A stretch of 64,000 nucleotides of DNA from the human T2T-CHM13v2.0 reference genome, Homo sapiens, in assembly GCF_009914755.1 (NCBI RefSeq), contig NC_060929.1. One strand, written 5' to 3'. Of the stretch, positions 49,194 through 63,777 are shown one piece after another; positions within the stretch are counted from its first letter, which is position 1; every line of letters starts with the position of its first letter. Position numbers and translations under genes: made by a program. Below the pieces are notes generated by a model. That model did not search any database, was not told the origin of the DNA, and worked only from the letters and a program-made list of their open reading frames with translations.

Positions 49194-50614
49194 TGAATAT
49201 CAGATTTTTGAAGGTTCCCCCTGGAGGTTAAGTTTCTTAGATCCTGTAGTATTGAGACTATGTAAACCTAGGGTTATTAAACTCACCTTCCAAGTGTCTG
49301 TGGAATGCCTAAACTTACATAAAAGCACACAGTTTGTAGAATTTTGTCAAATCTTCGAACACCACAGTCCTCAAAATGTTTAGCTCCAAAAGGTTTAAAT
49401 GCATCTTCTAGAGCATTTTTCTTGGATATCTGATATGGAATTATTTTATATTTATAATGCCTCGCATTCATGAAATGATTGAGAAGTCTTGTCAAGTCCT
49501 CACTCATTCATTTGCTCTTTAATTCATTCATGGATGGAGTAGGTGTCACCAGAAAACTGAATGGACGGTGGGCTCGGGGAGGACAAGGCCCTCGGCTGAT
49601 TGTCACAAGGATCTGCCTGGGTCCTAGGGGACAAGTCTGATGGTGACTCTAAGCTTCCCTTCACAGAAAGGCTCTTGTCAGATGGAAGGATGGAGCCGGT
49701 GGGGAAATGGCAAACTTTTGCTTGGTAGACATTGCAAAAGAAAGACTTCCATCCATCTATCTGATCAGAGAGGAAATTAGAAGGGTTCTGGGCTCAAATA
49801 AAATTTCCGAGACCAACTGCTAATGAGAGGTGAGGATGGCTGGCTGTGGGATTCAGCCTCCTAAGATTTGAGGAGGAACTTCGCACTTGGGAAGCCAATT
49901 TAAAAAAAAAATACTCCTCATTTATGCCAGCCTCAGGAAGCTAAGTCTTCCTCTGCTGCCTTGAGGGGCTGGAATCGACCTGCATGTGGCTCCCGTTTCT
50001 GTGGCCAGACCCTGGTGGTGAACACATTTCAGGCAGCCAGAAACAGGCTTGTTGTGGCTCTGCAGCCAGACCTGCCAGCCTTCTCGTCAGGACGTGCGAG
50101 CTTAATTATTCCACTGCCCTCTGGAAATGATGCCGGCTTGTCCTTGAAATCCCTGACCGGGCGCCAGGCCCTGCTGGATTTGTAGATGCTTCCTGTTGTG
50201 GGTGCACGGAACCTCTGCCCAGCCCAGCAGCTTTTTCCCTGCAGCTCTGAGAGATGCCTGCCCCACAGCAACGGCCGCAGATCTAGCTTGTGCTTCCCTA
50301 TACGGCCTTGCCCCTCAGACAATTGCTGACTGTGGACACCCATTCTGGGGACTGGCCAGATCTGAATTCCTTCCCAAGATCCCCCCACCTACCCCCACCC
50401 AACTTTCTTGTCCTCAAGTCAACACCTGTAAAATAATTCCCACCATATATGCAAATAATTTTGCTTTTTCCATGAATGGAGACCATTGCCAGATATCACT
50501 AAATGCTTCTGAATATGGGGCTGCAACTTGGATGGAAAATTACTGTTTTTTTCTTTCAACATGTAATGAACATTAAAGGCTTATGACTGTTGATTCATCA
50601 ATACTTATAACATG

Positions 50615-50917
50615 TTTTATTTGTTTTTGTTTTTACTTTGTTTTGTTGAGACAGAGTCTCACCTTGTTGTCCTGGCTGGAGTCCAGTGGCACAATCTCGG
50701 CTCACTGCAACCCCCGCCTCCCAGGTTCAAGCAATTCTCATGCCTCAGCTTCCCGAGCAGCTGGGATTACAGGCATGTGTCACCATACCCAGCTAATTCT
50801 TTGTATTTTTAGTAGAGACGAGGTTTCGCCATGTTGGTCTGGCTGGTCTTGAACTCCTGACCTCAAGTAATCCACCAACCTCGGCCTCTCAAAGTGCTAG
50901 GATTACAGGCGTGAGCC
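50615..50917 (-). mobile_element. Alu (AluS-like), 5' end clipped
   Basis: Reverse Alu ending at gtgagcc, without accgcgcccggcc. Confidence 0.92.
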
Positions 50918-52053
50918 TATACATATGTATAGGTTCCTCATATACATATACACATTATATATGTATAATATAATATATATAATATGTGCGTATGTGTCTA
51001 TGTCTATCTTCCTGTCAACACCTCTCCTACCATATTGGATCACAAAATGCTATGTGGAAGAGTTTTCGAAACTATAAAACTTCTCAAAAGTTAGTTCTTA
51101 TAATAAAAAGTTTACCTTAAGACAAGTTAAATGAGAGTTTGAAGATACTGACAAGCTGATTTTAGCAACTGTGTTTGCTCTCAGGGCATGTGATGCTTTT
51201 GGTGACCATAGAGACTCCATTTAAATACCCCCAGCTCCCTTGAGCTAGTTTCTCCTAAGAAAGGAATAATACGTTTAAAAGAAGGAATGCTGGAGAGGAG
51301 TTTACTCCAACTAAATATATTGTAGTGGCATAGCTTAGATTCCTTACCAGAAGCGGAAAATGCATAGTATAGGACCAAAAGAGGGCTGTAATTTTTTTTG
51401 GAACATCGCATTCTTTCTTCTCCCTAAGACTCATAGATAGATATAATTATATGATTGGAAAATTAGACCCAAGTGGCGAGTTTAAAGGAACTGGGGCTGG
51501 TTAAACTAGAGGCGAGAGCGAGGGTAGCAATGATGGTCTGAAGCAGCTGCTGTGTGTTTCCTGGAGGACCCACGGGGAAGGGGAGAGCTACTACACAAGC
51601 TTCGCAGAGGGGCTTAGGCAGGGGTCAGTGTTTGAATTGGACACTCTCGTGTCTGTGGTCTGTTTTAAGTTTGGGTGTGCAAGGCCAATATGAACAGTTT
51701 TCTTTCTTTCAAGTCCGTGGTTAGGGCAAACTGTCCCCCGGGAGAATGTCGGTGCCTTAGTTGATAGCTTTGTGTTTCCGGAAGCCTGGCTTCCAATAAA
51801 GGTGGTTAATTGGGAGAAGTGGAATGGTACATTCTTGCTTTCCAATTAAGAACAAGGCTTCATTACATCAAATAAGGCCAGCACAATCCAATACTATTAA
51901 CTTTGTATTTAAATAAGAGTGTAATTTTAAAGGTTAAAGAAATGTGAAAATAAGCACTAATCTCCATTTAAAGTTCTTAATAATGGTTTAATTGAACTCT
52001 GTTAATTTTCTCCTCCAAGATTAAATAGAACTAGCGCATTCTCAGTCTTTCGG

Positions 52054-52054
<1 letters not shown>

Positions 52055-52085
<31 letters not shown>
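52055..52085. repeat. (TG)n microsatellite
   Basis: Pure TG run. Confidence 0.97.
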
Positions 52086-52087
<2 letters not shown>

Positions 52088-52799
52088 ATGGTTTACACAT
52101 TTTGGGATTTCAGGACAGCTAACCCTCAAAAGCCCTGCAGGTGAATTTTTACGTAGACCAAGACGCTCCATTTCCACCACAAGCTACCTTGTACCTTTTG
52201 TATCCTCCACCCCTCCCTTTCCCCTGACTTTCCAGCCATAAGCTTACGCAGAAAGACCCCTTCTCCCGATCATGGGGAGTGTGCACACCAGCTGTGTGAA
52301 CCCCGTGACACTCTCACCGCCCCCAAGTCAGATGGGAGTCATTTTTCTCTGGACCTGACCAGTACTCTGACTTTATCTCTTTGAGGCCATCTCCCCCTGA
52401 CCCCTGCCATCTGGTGTTTGCTAGTAATTTGCATTCGGCCCTTAAGTTTTGCTCATTAAACACCCTCCTTGGCAGCTCTGTGGCTCCCCTGCAACTTTTA
52501 CAGCTTGGCTTTGGGTACAGGCTGCTTCCAACAGAGCCTGAAGGTACAAAATCTCAGTGAGATCAGAATGTTAAAAAAAAAAAAAAAAAAAAGAAAGAAA
52601 GAAAAGAAAACGAATTAGAAAAGAAGGTCATAAGATTGTCCTGTAGATTTAAAGTGATTTGTCCACAGTCTTAGTGGGGATGTGGGATCATATTCTTTGA
52701 AGTTTTATTTTCTAGTAATATTTGTAAGGGTGCTTTAAAAAAATACATTCCAAGAAGTATAAAGAAAACAAAAAGGTGACCCATAATTTCACCGTTCAA

Positions 52800-53460
52800 A
52801 TAGTCCCTACTGGTTTTTTTAAATGGAAAATATGTACATGGTTACAAAATTCAAACTACTTTGGGAATGATAAAAGATGAAAATCAAAAGACTTTGTACA
52901 TGGACACTCATACATTTACATAGAAGGATAATAAAGCACAAGAAGTTCTGTTTGCTAATTTTTCACATAACGTGCCTGGGAGATAGTTTGATATCAGCTC
53001 ATAAAGGTTTCCTGCATTTTTTGTATCCTCTGCAAAGTAGTCTGTCTTATGGACGTTTGATAATTTATTTAACCAGTCTGCTGTTGAGGCAGGCTTTGCT
53101 TGTTTCTAATTTTTTACTGCAAAGAGTCTGCAGCGGACATCCTTGTACCTACATCCCAGGAAATTCTCGTATGTATATCTGTTGAATAAATTAATCCAAG
53201 TAGTAGGATTACTGGAACAAAGTCAATATGTATTTTAAATTTGATACCCAGTGCCATATTGTCCCTAAGAAAGGTTGCACAAATTTACACTCCCACCAAG
53301 AGTGTGGGAGAGCCATTTGCCACATAGACTCACCAGTATTTTTTTTTAATTTTTGATCCATTTGGAAGTTATTTGGGAACTTGGGTGTTTTTCCCCAAAA
53401 GCAAAGGCAATTGCCTCAACACCAGTTATCAAAGGATCCCTACAGATCTATTTTCCCTGT
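52800..53460 (-). mobile_element. Old L1M fragment(s)
   Basis: aatttatttaaccagtc...ggattactggaacaaag...ggttgcacaaatttacactcccacca. Confidence 0.65.
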
Positions 53461-53499
53461 AGATCTGAAATGCTGTCTTCATTGTATCTTTTGCTGATG

Positions 53500-54405
53500 C
53501 CCCCGTACAAATTTACAGGTGAGCTCCATCCTCCTGTAGCAGCCACCTGCCTACTGACAGTCCTACTTGGGTGTCTGATAGGTGTCTCAAGTGATGGATG
53601 GATATGACAGTAGAGTCCTTGATTTACTGTCCCATGGCCCCTGCTCATCTTCTCTTTCTTGATTGATGGTACCATCATCTACCCAGTTACTTTGACCAAA
53701 GCAATGGGAGTCATCCTGGATTCCTTTCTTTTTCTCCACTTCTAAGCCATCAGTATACTGGCACTGTGTTAAAGCCATATTTCAAACCAGACCACTTGTC
53801 ACCATTCCTGTCACTTCTACCTCTTTTATCCCAACATCACCTCTTGGGTAGACCATTGCAAACTGGAAGTGCATTTCCAGAATATTCTTGTTGGTATAGA
53901 ACCCTCTGTCTACATAGTAGCTAGAGCAGTTTTTTTTTTTTTTTAGATGTTAAACAGATACATCGCTCTGCAAACTAAAACCCTTTAAAGTGTTTTCCAT
54001 CTCAATTAGAATAGAATTCGTAGTCCTCACCAGCCACTGCAAGGTTTATATAATCTAGCCCCTGCCTATCTTCCTTGCCTCTTCTCTGTTACCCACAACC
54101 TGCTTTTTGTTTCATGATGTGTGAACTCATTTCAACCTTAGGGTCTTGCTCTTGCCTCTTCCTTTGCCTAGAATGTTTTTCCCTTGTCCTAGATCATCTG
54201 TGTTATGCTAGTTTTTAGGTCTCAACTCATGTCACCCCCGTTGCCCTTTATCTCATTGTCTTGCTTTATTTTCTCTAAAACACTTGGCACTATGTAGATG
54301 TTCTTATTTATTTACTTATTTAAGGGTAGAATCTTTATCTGTTTTGCTTGGTGCCAATTATTCAACATGTTGAATAGTGCCTGGCACCTAGCAGGCACTG
54401 GAGCC
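53500..54405 (+). mobile_element. L2 3' fragment
   Basis: ccatcatctacccagttact...ggagtcatcctggattcc...aatagtgcctggcacctagcaggcact. Confidence 0.7.
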
Positions 54406-54743
54406 TATTTCTGGAATTTCATGTTGCACCATTGCCCTCTCTGTTTGTTCTCCATTACTAAATTCCTTTCATTATTGTAGCTTTATAAGTTTCAATGCTT
54501 GTAAGAGCAGGCGTTCTCTGCCCTACCCGCTTGACCCCCTTCTCTTTCCTAATTTTGCTGGCTATTATGGTTATTTTTCCAGAGGAGCTTTCTAAAAATA
54601 CTCCTTGTTGGTATTTTAATTGGGTTTACATTGAGTTTATAGATTAATTTGAAGTAAAAAAAAAATCATTGAACCTTTTTATTTAAAAGCAAGCTAGACT
54701 TTTCTCTTAACATTTTCTTCCAGTTCCTCAACAGGTTTTTTAA

Positions 54744-55259
<516 letters not shown>

Positions 55260-55285
55260 TGAAGACTTTTAAAAAATAGCCATAA

Positions 55286-55631
<346 letters not shown>

Positions 55632-55733
55632 TCATATTTCTTCATTGATAGTTTTTAAGTTATTTTCTAATAGGTTAGGCATGTTTCTTATTGAATATCT
55701 ATATACATATTTTAATATATAAAAAAAGTTTTC

Positions 55734-56033
55734 TTTTTTTTTTCTTTCTGAGACGGAGTCTCACTCTGTTGCCCAGGCTGGAGGGCAATGGCGTGATCTT
55801 GGCTCACTGCAACCTCCACCTCCAGGTTCAAGCGATTCTCCTGCCACAGCCTTCCAGGTAGCTGGGATTACAGGCACCCACCACCACACCTGGCTGAATT
55901 TTTTTGTATTTTTAGTAGAGACAGGGTTTCGCCATGTTGGCCAGGCTAGTCTCGAACTCCTGACCTCTAGTCATCCGCCTGCCTCGGCCTCCCAAAGTGC
56001 TGGGATTACAGGCGTGAGCCACCGTGCCTGGCC
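55734..56033 (-). mobile_element. Alu (AluS-like)
   Basis: Reverse Alu. Confidence 0.94.
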
Positions 56034-56609
56034 AATATATATATTTCTTACCGAATATCCATATATCAAAGTTTTGATGTATCTATGTATCAAATCTTTT
56101 ACAATCTTTTTAGTTTCTATTGAAAATAGGGATATGGTTTTCCATTATATTTTTCAAACTTATTTTTGCATATATTACAATTAACTGTTTTCATATGTTA
56201 ATTTCATAATCTGCTACCTTATTGAATTGTCTTTGTTTCTAGACTTTCCTAGGCTTTTCATACCTCTTTGGAGGGTTCTGGAACAAGGTTGGCAAGTGCC
56301 TAACCACTCGGAATCTCTGCTCACCTGCCATGCGTGCAGGGCTGTGGAGTTGGTGCTGTGAGCCTAAAGAGGACCCCAACGAGGCTGTTATAGACACCAG
56401 AGGGAATTTTATTCATCTGGGGTGGGACATAAAAAGAGGCAAAATGATACACTCATAGATATAAAAAAAGTTCATCAGTAAATCCAAGCTACATAAACAA
56501 GTTTCCAGAAAGAATTTCAGAGTATGGGAGTGTTCATACCAAAGTCAGGTTAATCAGTAAAGGCTCCCAGGAGCTGATGGACCAAGTCTGGCAGAGAAAT
56601 GCAAGAGTG

Positions 56610-57335
56610 TATATGAGTCCACTCAGGCTTCCATAACAAAACACATTTCTGCCAAGTTCTCTGCCACTTTATTATCTATTTTTAAAAAATAAACCCATAG
56701 TACCTAAAAAATTACAGATGCACTTTGCCATGTTATGACAAACATGGCCTTTCCTCCAGTTTCCAGTAACATAGTTCTGATTTCTGTCTGAGACCTCACC
56801 AGAATGATCTTTAACATCCATATTGATGTTATTCAGTTTACGTCGATCTAGGCTTTTTCTAGCATGCACCTCCAAACTCTTCTAGCCTCTGCCCATTACT
56901 ACCCAGTTCCAAAACTGCTTCCATATATTTTGGTATCTGTTACAGCAGCACCCCACTTCTTGGTACCAAAATCTATATTGATTTGTTATGCCATAACAAA
57001 ATACCATAGACTGAGTGTCTTAAATAACAGAAAAGTATTTTGTCATAGTTCTGGAGGCTGGACATCTGAGATCAGTGTGCCAACACGGCCGGGTTCTAGC
57101 GAGGGCCTTCTCGGTTTGCCACCTTCTCTTCTCACTGTGTCCTCACGTGGCAGAGAGAGCGCGCTGATGTCTCTTCCTCTTCCTATGAGGGCACTAGTTC
57201 TATTGGATCAGGGTCCCACTCTCATGACCTCATTTAACCTTAATCACCTTCTTCTTGTCCCTGCCTCCAGTGCAGTCACATGGTGGGTTAGGGCTTAAGC
57301 ATATGAATTCCAGGGGACACAGTTCAGGCCATAGC
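56610..57335 (-). mobile_element. Partial MaLR provirus: MLT1A-like LTR (~56973-57335) joined to internal sequence
   Basis: Internal/LTR junction agcagcaccccacttcttggtaccaaaatct, then gccataacaaaataccatagactgagtg...ggttagggcttaagcatatgaatt. Confidence 0.7.
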
Positions 57336-57349
57336 AATATTTAACCTTG

Positions 57350-57673
57350 GAACACAATTTCCTATTGGAAATCCTCAGGGCCTGAGCTGTTTTAGAACTC
57401 AGCTTTTTTTGAATCTTTAGAAAGGTCAAGCAGTATATATACTGTGTTACGTAACATATCCAGTGGGGTCTAGTGTAGCACTTTGCAAATAAGTTAATAT
57501 CTCAGCAGCCAAAAGTGGAACTATTACAAGAGTAGGATAAATAAAGATGATAAATGGCCTCAGGGTGGTTGAGATCAGGCAAAGTTTTGCTGTCAGATGT
57601 CTTACAAAAGAAAAAAAAACTCAGTTGTCAAAGCTTTTTGGATCTGGAGTTGCAGATAGAAACTGTGGACCTA
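57350..57673. mobile_element. TcMar-Tigger-like DNA transposon relic
   Basis: Terminal ttgcagatagaaactgtggacct and internal gatcaggcaaagttttgctg resemble MER46-group elements. Confidence 0.4.
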
Positions 57674-58416
57674 TGAAAGTAAAGGCCCTGGTGAGACTAA
57701 CCAAGTCCTCTGAGGAGGTCTTAAAGAGATAAATAGGGCTGGTCCACTTCTTTTCGGATTGGCTTCCACTGAATTAGTTGACCCAGGCTTTACAGTCTCC
57801 AGCTGTAAGCACGAAGAGCAAACCAGCACCTTGGCTTCTTATTGCTCCTTATCATTCTTTCCCCCTCTGTGGCAAAACCCACGGGGTCAGGTGCTGAGCT
57901 TCCAACCCATTGTCCTACGAGGTGACTCAGGGTAGGTGATGGATATGGTGCAGGCTGCACACACACGTGAGCACATGTGCACACACACATATCTGGGTCC
58001 TGGGGTGCTGAGGGGATTGCTCACCAGGCTGTCTTCTCACTCCAGAAAGCTGAGGAGAACCACCTTGGAGGTGCTGATTACCTCCTGCGTCCCCTCCCTT
58101 CCTTTTCTCCTCAATGAAGAGTGAATGAATATACTGCAGAGTTGACTTAATATTTGCTCTGCTTGAGAGCATTGGGTTTCCCCAAGCAGGGGGTGGTCAG
58201 CCAGGTCACAACAGGCCAAAACGACTCTTTTGGTTTTTGTTTCCTTTCCAGGCTCCCCTGGGGGTAATTAGCATTTCCCAAGCAGCAGCATCAAGGATGT
58301 TGCCCTGCATATGGAGGCTGGCCAAGAGCTGGGAGCTCAATGGCCTAGCATCTGTGGGATTCAGGATGGACTTGTCCAGACCCTATTTCCAGATGAAGCC
58401 ACATGTATCCACAAGG

Positions 58417-58864
<448 letters not shown>

Positions 58865-59784
58865 TGCCCACAAGGTATTGCTGTACGAGCAAAACTATGT
58901 GTTAAGTCAGCTAGCCCTTCATATGTATGTGATATGTCTAATAAGTTAAGAATATTGGTGTTAGATTTAGTCCCTAAAGTTCCAGCCATTTGGTCTGGAT
59001 TCTACTGAGGCTTGTCATGGCTGATTGTATCCTTAGAGTCCTGGGTGGAGCTAACCCTGACCTTTAAGATTCTCTTCTCTGTTCCCAAAGAGGGTTCAAG
59101 ACTCTTCTCTGGTGCACTGCCCTCTGGGCCAGGGAAACTTCTGGAAGGTTATGATGTTCTCCTTGTGAATCCAGTTTCCCATAATTTCTGTTCAAAAAGA
59201 AGGCAAAAGTACTCTGATATTTTTCTGCTCTGATAGTCAATGCTGAAGGGTCTCTGGGTGGGGTCTTGGCTTCAAAGTCCTTCCTTAGGAAGGAGAAAGA
59301 GAAATTCCCATAGGCCCATGTGAGCTATCTGGCGCTGGCAAACTCATCAAAACCGCTACTTGGGTCATTTGAAACGGCGTGTCCTGTCCCCACAGTTACT
59401 CATTCCCTGACTTTTACAAAGAGCCAAGTCTCAGAGACAAGTCTGGTAAAAAGATCATTTGGGATCAAAAGCAAGATCAACTCCTATGTGCAAATCCCTA
59501 AGGTGGTTGCAAATAAGGGAGACACTGTCAAAGTGCTTTTTGGTCTTCTACTTGGAGATAGCACCCTTAGAGGGTTGCATTTCTTCTGGGTCCAAACCAC
59601 CCTGGCCAATTCCTCACTAAACTTCGGTTTGCTCCTCTGTTAAGTGAAAACAACTTGTGGAGTTGTTGGACAGCCTTGCCAAGTGTCTGGTGCCTGGAAT
59701 GTGCTGTGCATGCTCAGGATGTGCTTAGGAAGGGCCATGGCAGATGACGAGGATGATGGTCAGGATGGTGTCCTGGGCATTTGT

Positions 59785-60240
59785 GTCCTGGAGCTGCAAT
59801 GACAAATTTCCATAAACTGGGCGACTTCAACCAACAGACATCTGTTTCCCAGTTCTGGAGGCCCAAAGTCTAAAATAAAAGCTTTAGCAGAGACACGCTG
59901 CTTTTGAGACTGTCTTTGCATCTTCCAGCTCTGGTGGCCATCCCTGTTCCTTAGCTGTGGCCAGATCACTCTAGTGTCTGCCTCTGCGGCCATGTTGCCC
60001 CTCCTCTTCTCTGTATCTTCTCCTCTTTGTATCTCCATGTATCCTCCCTCTGCCTGTCTCCTAAGAATCCGTGTCATTCATTGCATTTAGGGCCCGCCTG
60101 GATAATCCAGGATAAGCACCTCCTTTCAAGATTCTGAAGCACATTTGCAAAAACTTTTTCCAAATAATGTAACATTCACAGGTTCTGGGAATTAGGATGC
60201 AAACATATTTTTTTGGGGGGCCACTGTCCAGCCCACTACA
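59785..60240 (-). mobile_element. MLT1 (MLT1C/D-like) LTR
   Basis: gacaaatttccataaactgg...cagttctggaggcccaaagtct...ttagggcccgcctggataatccaggata...cattcacaggttctgggaattagg. Confidence 0.8.
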
Positions 60241-60388
60241 CTCAGTGAATGCTACCCATGATGATGATGATGATGACCATGATGCCACTGCCAATACCAA
60301 CACAAAGCAGTAAAAAGTACGGGCGAGTCTAGCAGGAGTGTAGGGCATGGACAGCAGTGGCACCACAGAGGAGCCTAGGCTCTGGCCT

Positions 60389-61870
60389 TGTGTCCAGAAT
60401 TGGTGGGTTCTTGGTCTCACTGACTTCAAGAATGAAGCCGCGGACCCTCATGGTGAGTGTTACAGTTCTTAAAGTTGGCGTGTCCTGAGTTTGTTCCTTC
60501 TGACGTTCGGATGCATTCGGAGTTTCTTCCTTCTGGTGGGTTCGTGGTGTCGCTGGCTCAGGAGTGAAGCTGCAGACCTTCGCGGTGAGTGTTACAGCTC
60601 TTAAGGCGGCGCGTCTGGAGTTGTTCGTTCCTCCCGGTGGGCTCGTGGTCTCGCTGGCTTCAGGAGTGAAGCTGCAGACCTTCGCGGTGAGTGTTACAGC
60701 TCATAAAGGCAGTGTGGACCCAAAGAGTGAGCAGTAGCAAGATTTATTGCACAGAGCGAAAGAACAAAGCTCCCGTAGAGTGGAAGGGGGCCCGAACAGG
60801 TTGCCACTGCTGGCTGGGGCAGCCTGCTTTTATTCTCTTACCTGGCGCCACCTGCTTTTATTCTCTTATCTGGCGCCACCTGCTTTTATTCTCTTATCTG
60901 GCGCCACCTGCTTTTATTCTCTTATCTGGCGCCACCTGCTTTTATTCTCTTATCTGGCCCCTGCTGATTGGTAGAGCCCAGTGGTCTGTTTTGACAGGGC
61001 ACTGATTGGTGCATTTACAATCCCTAAGCTAGACACAAAGGTTCTCCATGTCCCCATCAGATTAGCTAGATACAGAGTGTTGACACAAAGGTTCTCCAAG
61101 GCCCCACCAGAGTACTAGATAGGGAATGTGGATTGGTGCATTCACAAACCCTGAGCTAGACACAGGGTGCTGATTGGTGTGTTTACAAACCTTGAGCTAG
61201 ATACAGAGTGCTGATTGGTGTATTTAGAATCCCTTAGCTAGACATAAAGGTTCTCCACGTCCCCACCAGACTCAGGAGCCCAGCTGGCTTCACCCAGTGG
61301 ATCCCACACTGGGGCTGCAGGTGGAGCTGCCTGCCAGTCCTGTGCCCTGCGCCCGCATTCCTCAGCCCTTGGGTGGTCGATGGGACTGGGCGCAGTGGAG
61401 CACCGGGTGGCGCTCATTGGGGAGGCTCGGGTGGCACAGGAGCCCACGGAGTGGAGGGGAGGCTCAGGCATGGCGGGCTGCAGGTCCCGAGCCCTGCTGC
61501 GGGAAGGCAGCTAAGGCCCGGCGAGAAATTGAGCACAGCAGCTGCTGGCCCAGGTGCTAAGCCCCTCACTGCCCGGGGCCGGTGGGGCCGGCCGGGCGAG
61601 TGCGGGGTCCGCGGAGCCTACGCCCACCCGGAACTCGCGCTGGCCCGCAAGCACCGGGCGCAGCCCCGGTTCCCGCCCACGCCTCTCCCTCCAAACCTCC
61701 CTGAAAGCTGAGGGAGCCAGCTCCGGCCTTGGCCAGCCCAGAAAGGGGCTCCCACAGTGTAGCGGCGGGCTGAAGGGCTCCTCAAGTGCCGCCAAAGTGG
61801 GAGCCCAGGCAGAGGAGGTGCCGAGAGCGAGCGAGGGCTGTGAGGGCTGCCAGCAGGCTGTCACCTCTCA
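60389..61870 (-). mobile_element. LTR12C (ERV9) complete solo LTR, antisense to the inferred host gene
   Basis: Ends tgtgtccagaattggtgggttc and gctgtcacctctca; 4-bp TSD gcct; repeated ctgattggtg (CCAAT) enhancer units; CpG-rich U3. Confidence 0.95.
60823..60960. repeat. 28-bp tandem repeat x5 inside LTR12C
   Basis: cctgcttttattctcttatctggcgcca-type units at 60823, 60851, 60879, 60907 and 60935. Confidence 0.96.
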
Positions 61871-62463
61871 GCCTGACTCATTTTCCAACCCTTCCCTTGC
61901 CTTCTGGACAGTCCCCTGCTTCCCTAGCTCTGACATCCTCATGACCTTCTGTCTCCAGCATTGTCAGGCCCTTGGACCAGCTCACGGCAGCCAGGACACA
62001 GAGGCATTGTGCCATTCCTAGGCCAGCTGAGGGACGTGGACAGTATGAGGGCTCAAGCATGATGATATTTCCAACAGGCCTTCTTGTACATGCAGGGCAG
62101 GCCAGGGCCCATTGCCAGCACCTGAGAGGAGCTGTGATGCAGCTCATGATCCAGTGATCGCATCCAACTGGCTGCCGGCTGCTGTCCAGGCCTCCGGGAG
62201 GACCCGCAGCCTCTGTCCGGGTCAGGGGAATCGGCGTCTTTCCCAGACCACCATGAGGGCCGGCGTTCCTGCTCAGCTGTGAATGCTGCTGTTGTTATGG
62301 CTGCTGCTTGGCTTAGGTTAAGCGGCTTGTTTGTTTTCTAACTTCAGGCTGGGAAGAGGGAGCGTTTGGATCTGGCAAGGACCTTGGTGTGCAAAGTGAA
62401 GTCCCTGATTGGAAGGACGCAGCCTGGCAGGGGCCTGCTGCCGCTGCTCATGATTGGATGTGA

Positions 62464-62884
<421 letters not shown>

Positions 62885-63463
62885 GAAAAGCACTTTTTTT
62901 TTTCTGTCTCCTTCAGTGATGAAGCTTTGGGGCTGTACAGTCTCCTGTCATCCCCAGCAGGGAGCTCAGAGTCAAGCCCAAAGTGTCTGTGTGCACTCGT
63001 GGCTTCCAGAGATCAGCTTGAAGCCAGGAGTTACTTTGTTAGCAAAGTTTAGATGTAACTGGGAGGAAATTGCTCTCCAGTTCGCTGGCATATTCCCCAT
63101 ATGTAGTTAATGAAGGGACCGTCAGTCTCTATTCAGGAGCTGGGAGACTTGGATTCTAGTGCCAGCTCTGCCCTTATGGTCAGAAAACTTTGAGGAAGTT
63201 GCTTAAATGCTGAATTTCAGATTTCTCACCTGGAAAATGAGACATGAGAGAACTAACTCCTTCCTGCTTCCCAGGCTGAGGAGGAGCAAAAGGGATTTCA
63301 TATGTCAAAGCCCTTTTTGAAATGGATCATCATTAACTGCGTCATAACTGCCCAGGATTGAATATTGTTTTTAAAGACAATGGTAGAATGTACGCCACTC
63401 CTAAATAAAATGCTTCGTAATCATGTTAGCATTTAGAATGTCAGGAACAAAACAGTGCTTGTA

Positions 63464-63777
<314 letters not shown>

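Noticed and set aside
60823-60960. 28-bp direct repeats resembling a CRISPR array
   Set aside because: No spacers, eukaryotic context, and the repeat lies inside LTR12C
60440-61870. Second CpG-rich region as a gene promoter island, plus internal ~80-bp and ~40-bp repeats
   Set aside because: Explained by normal LTR12C U3 and U5 repeat structure
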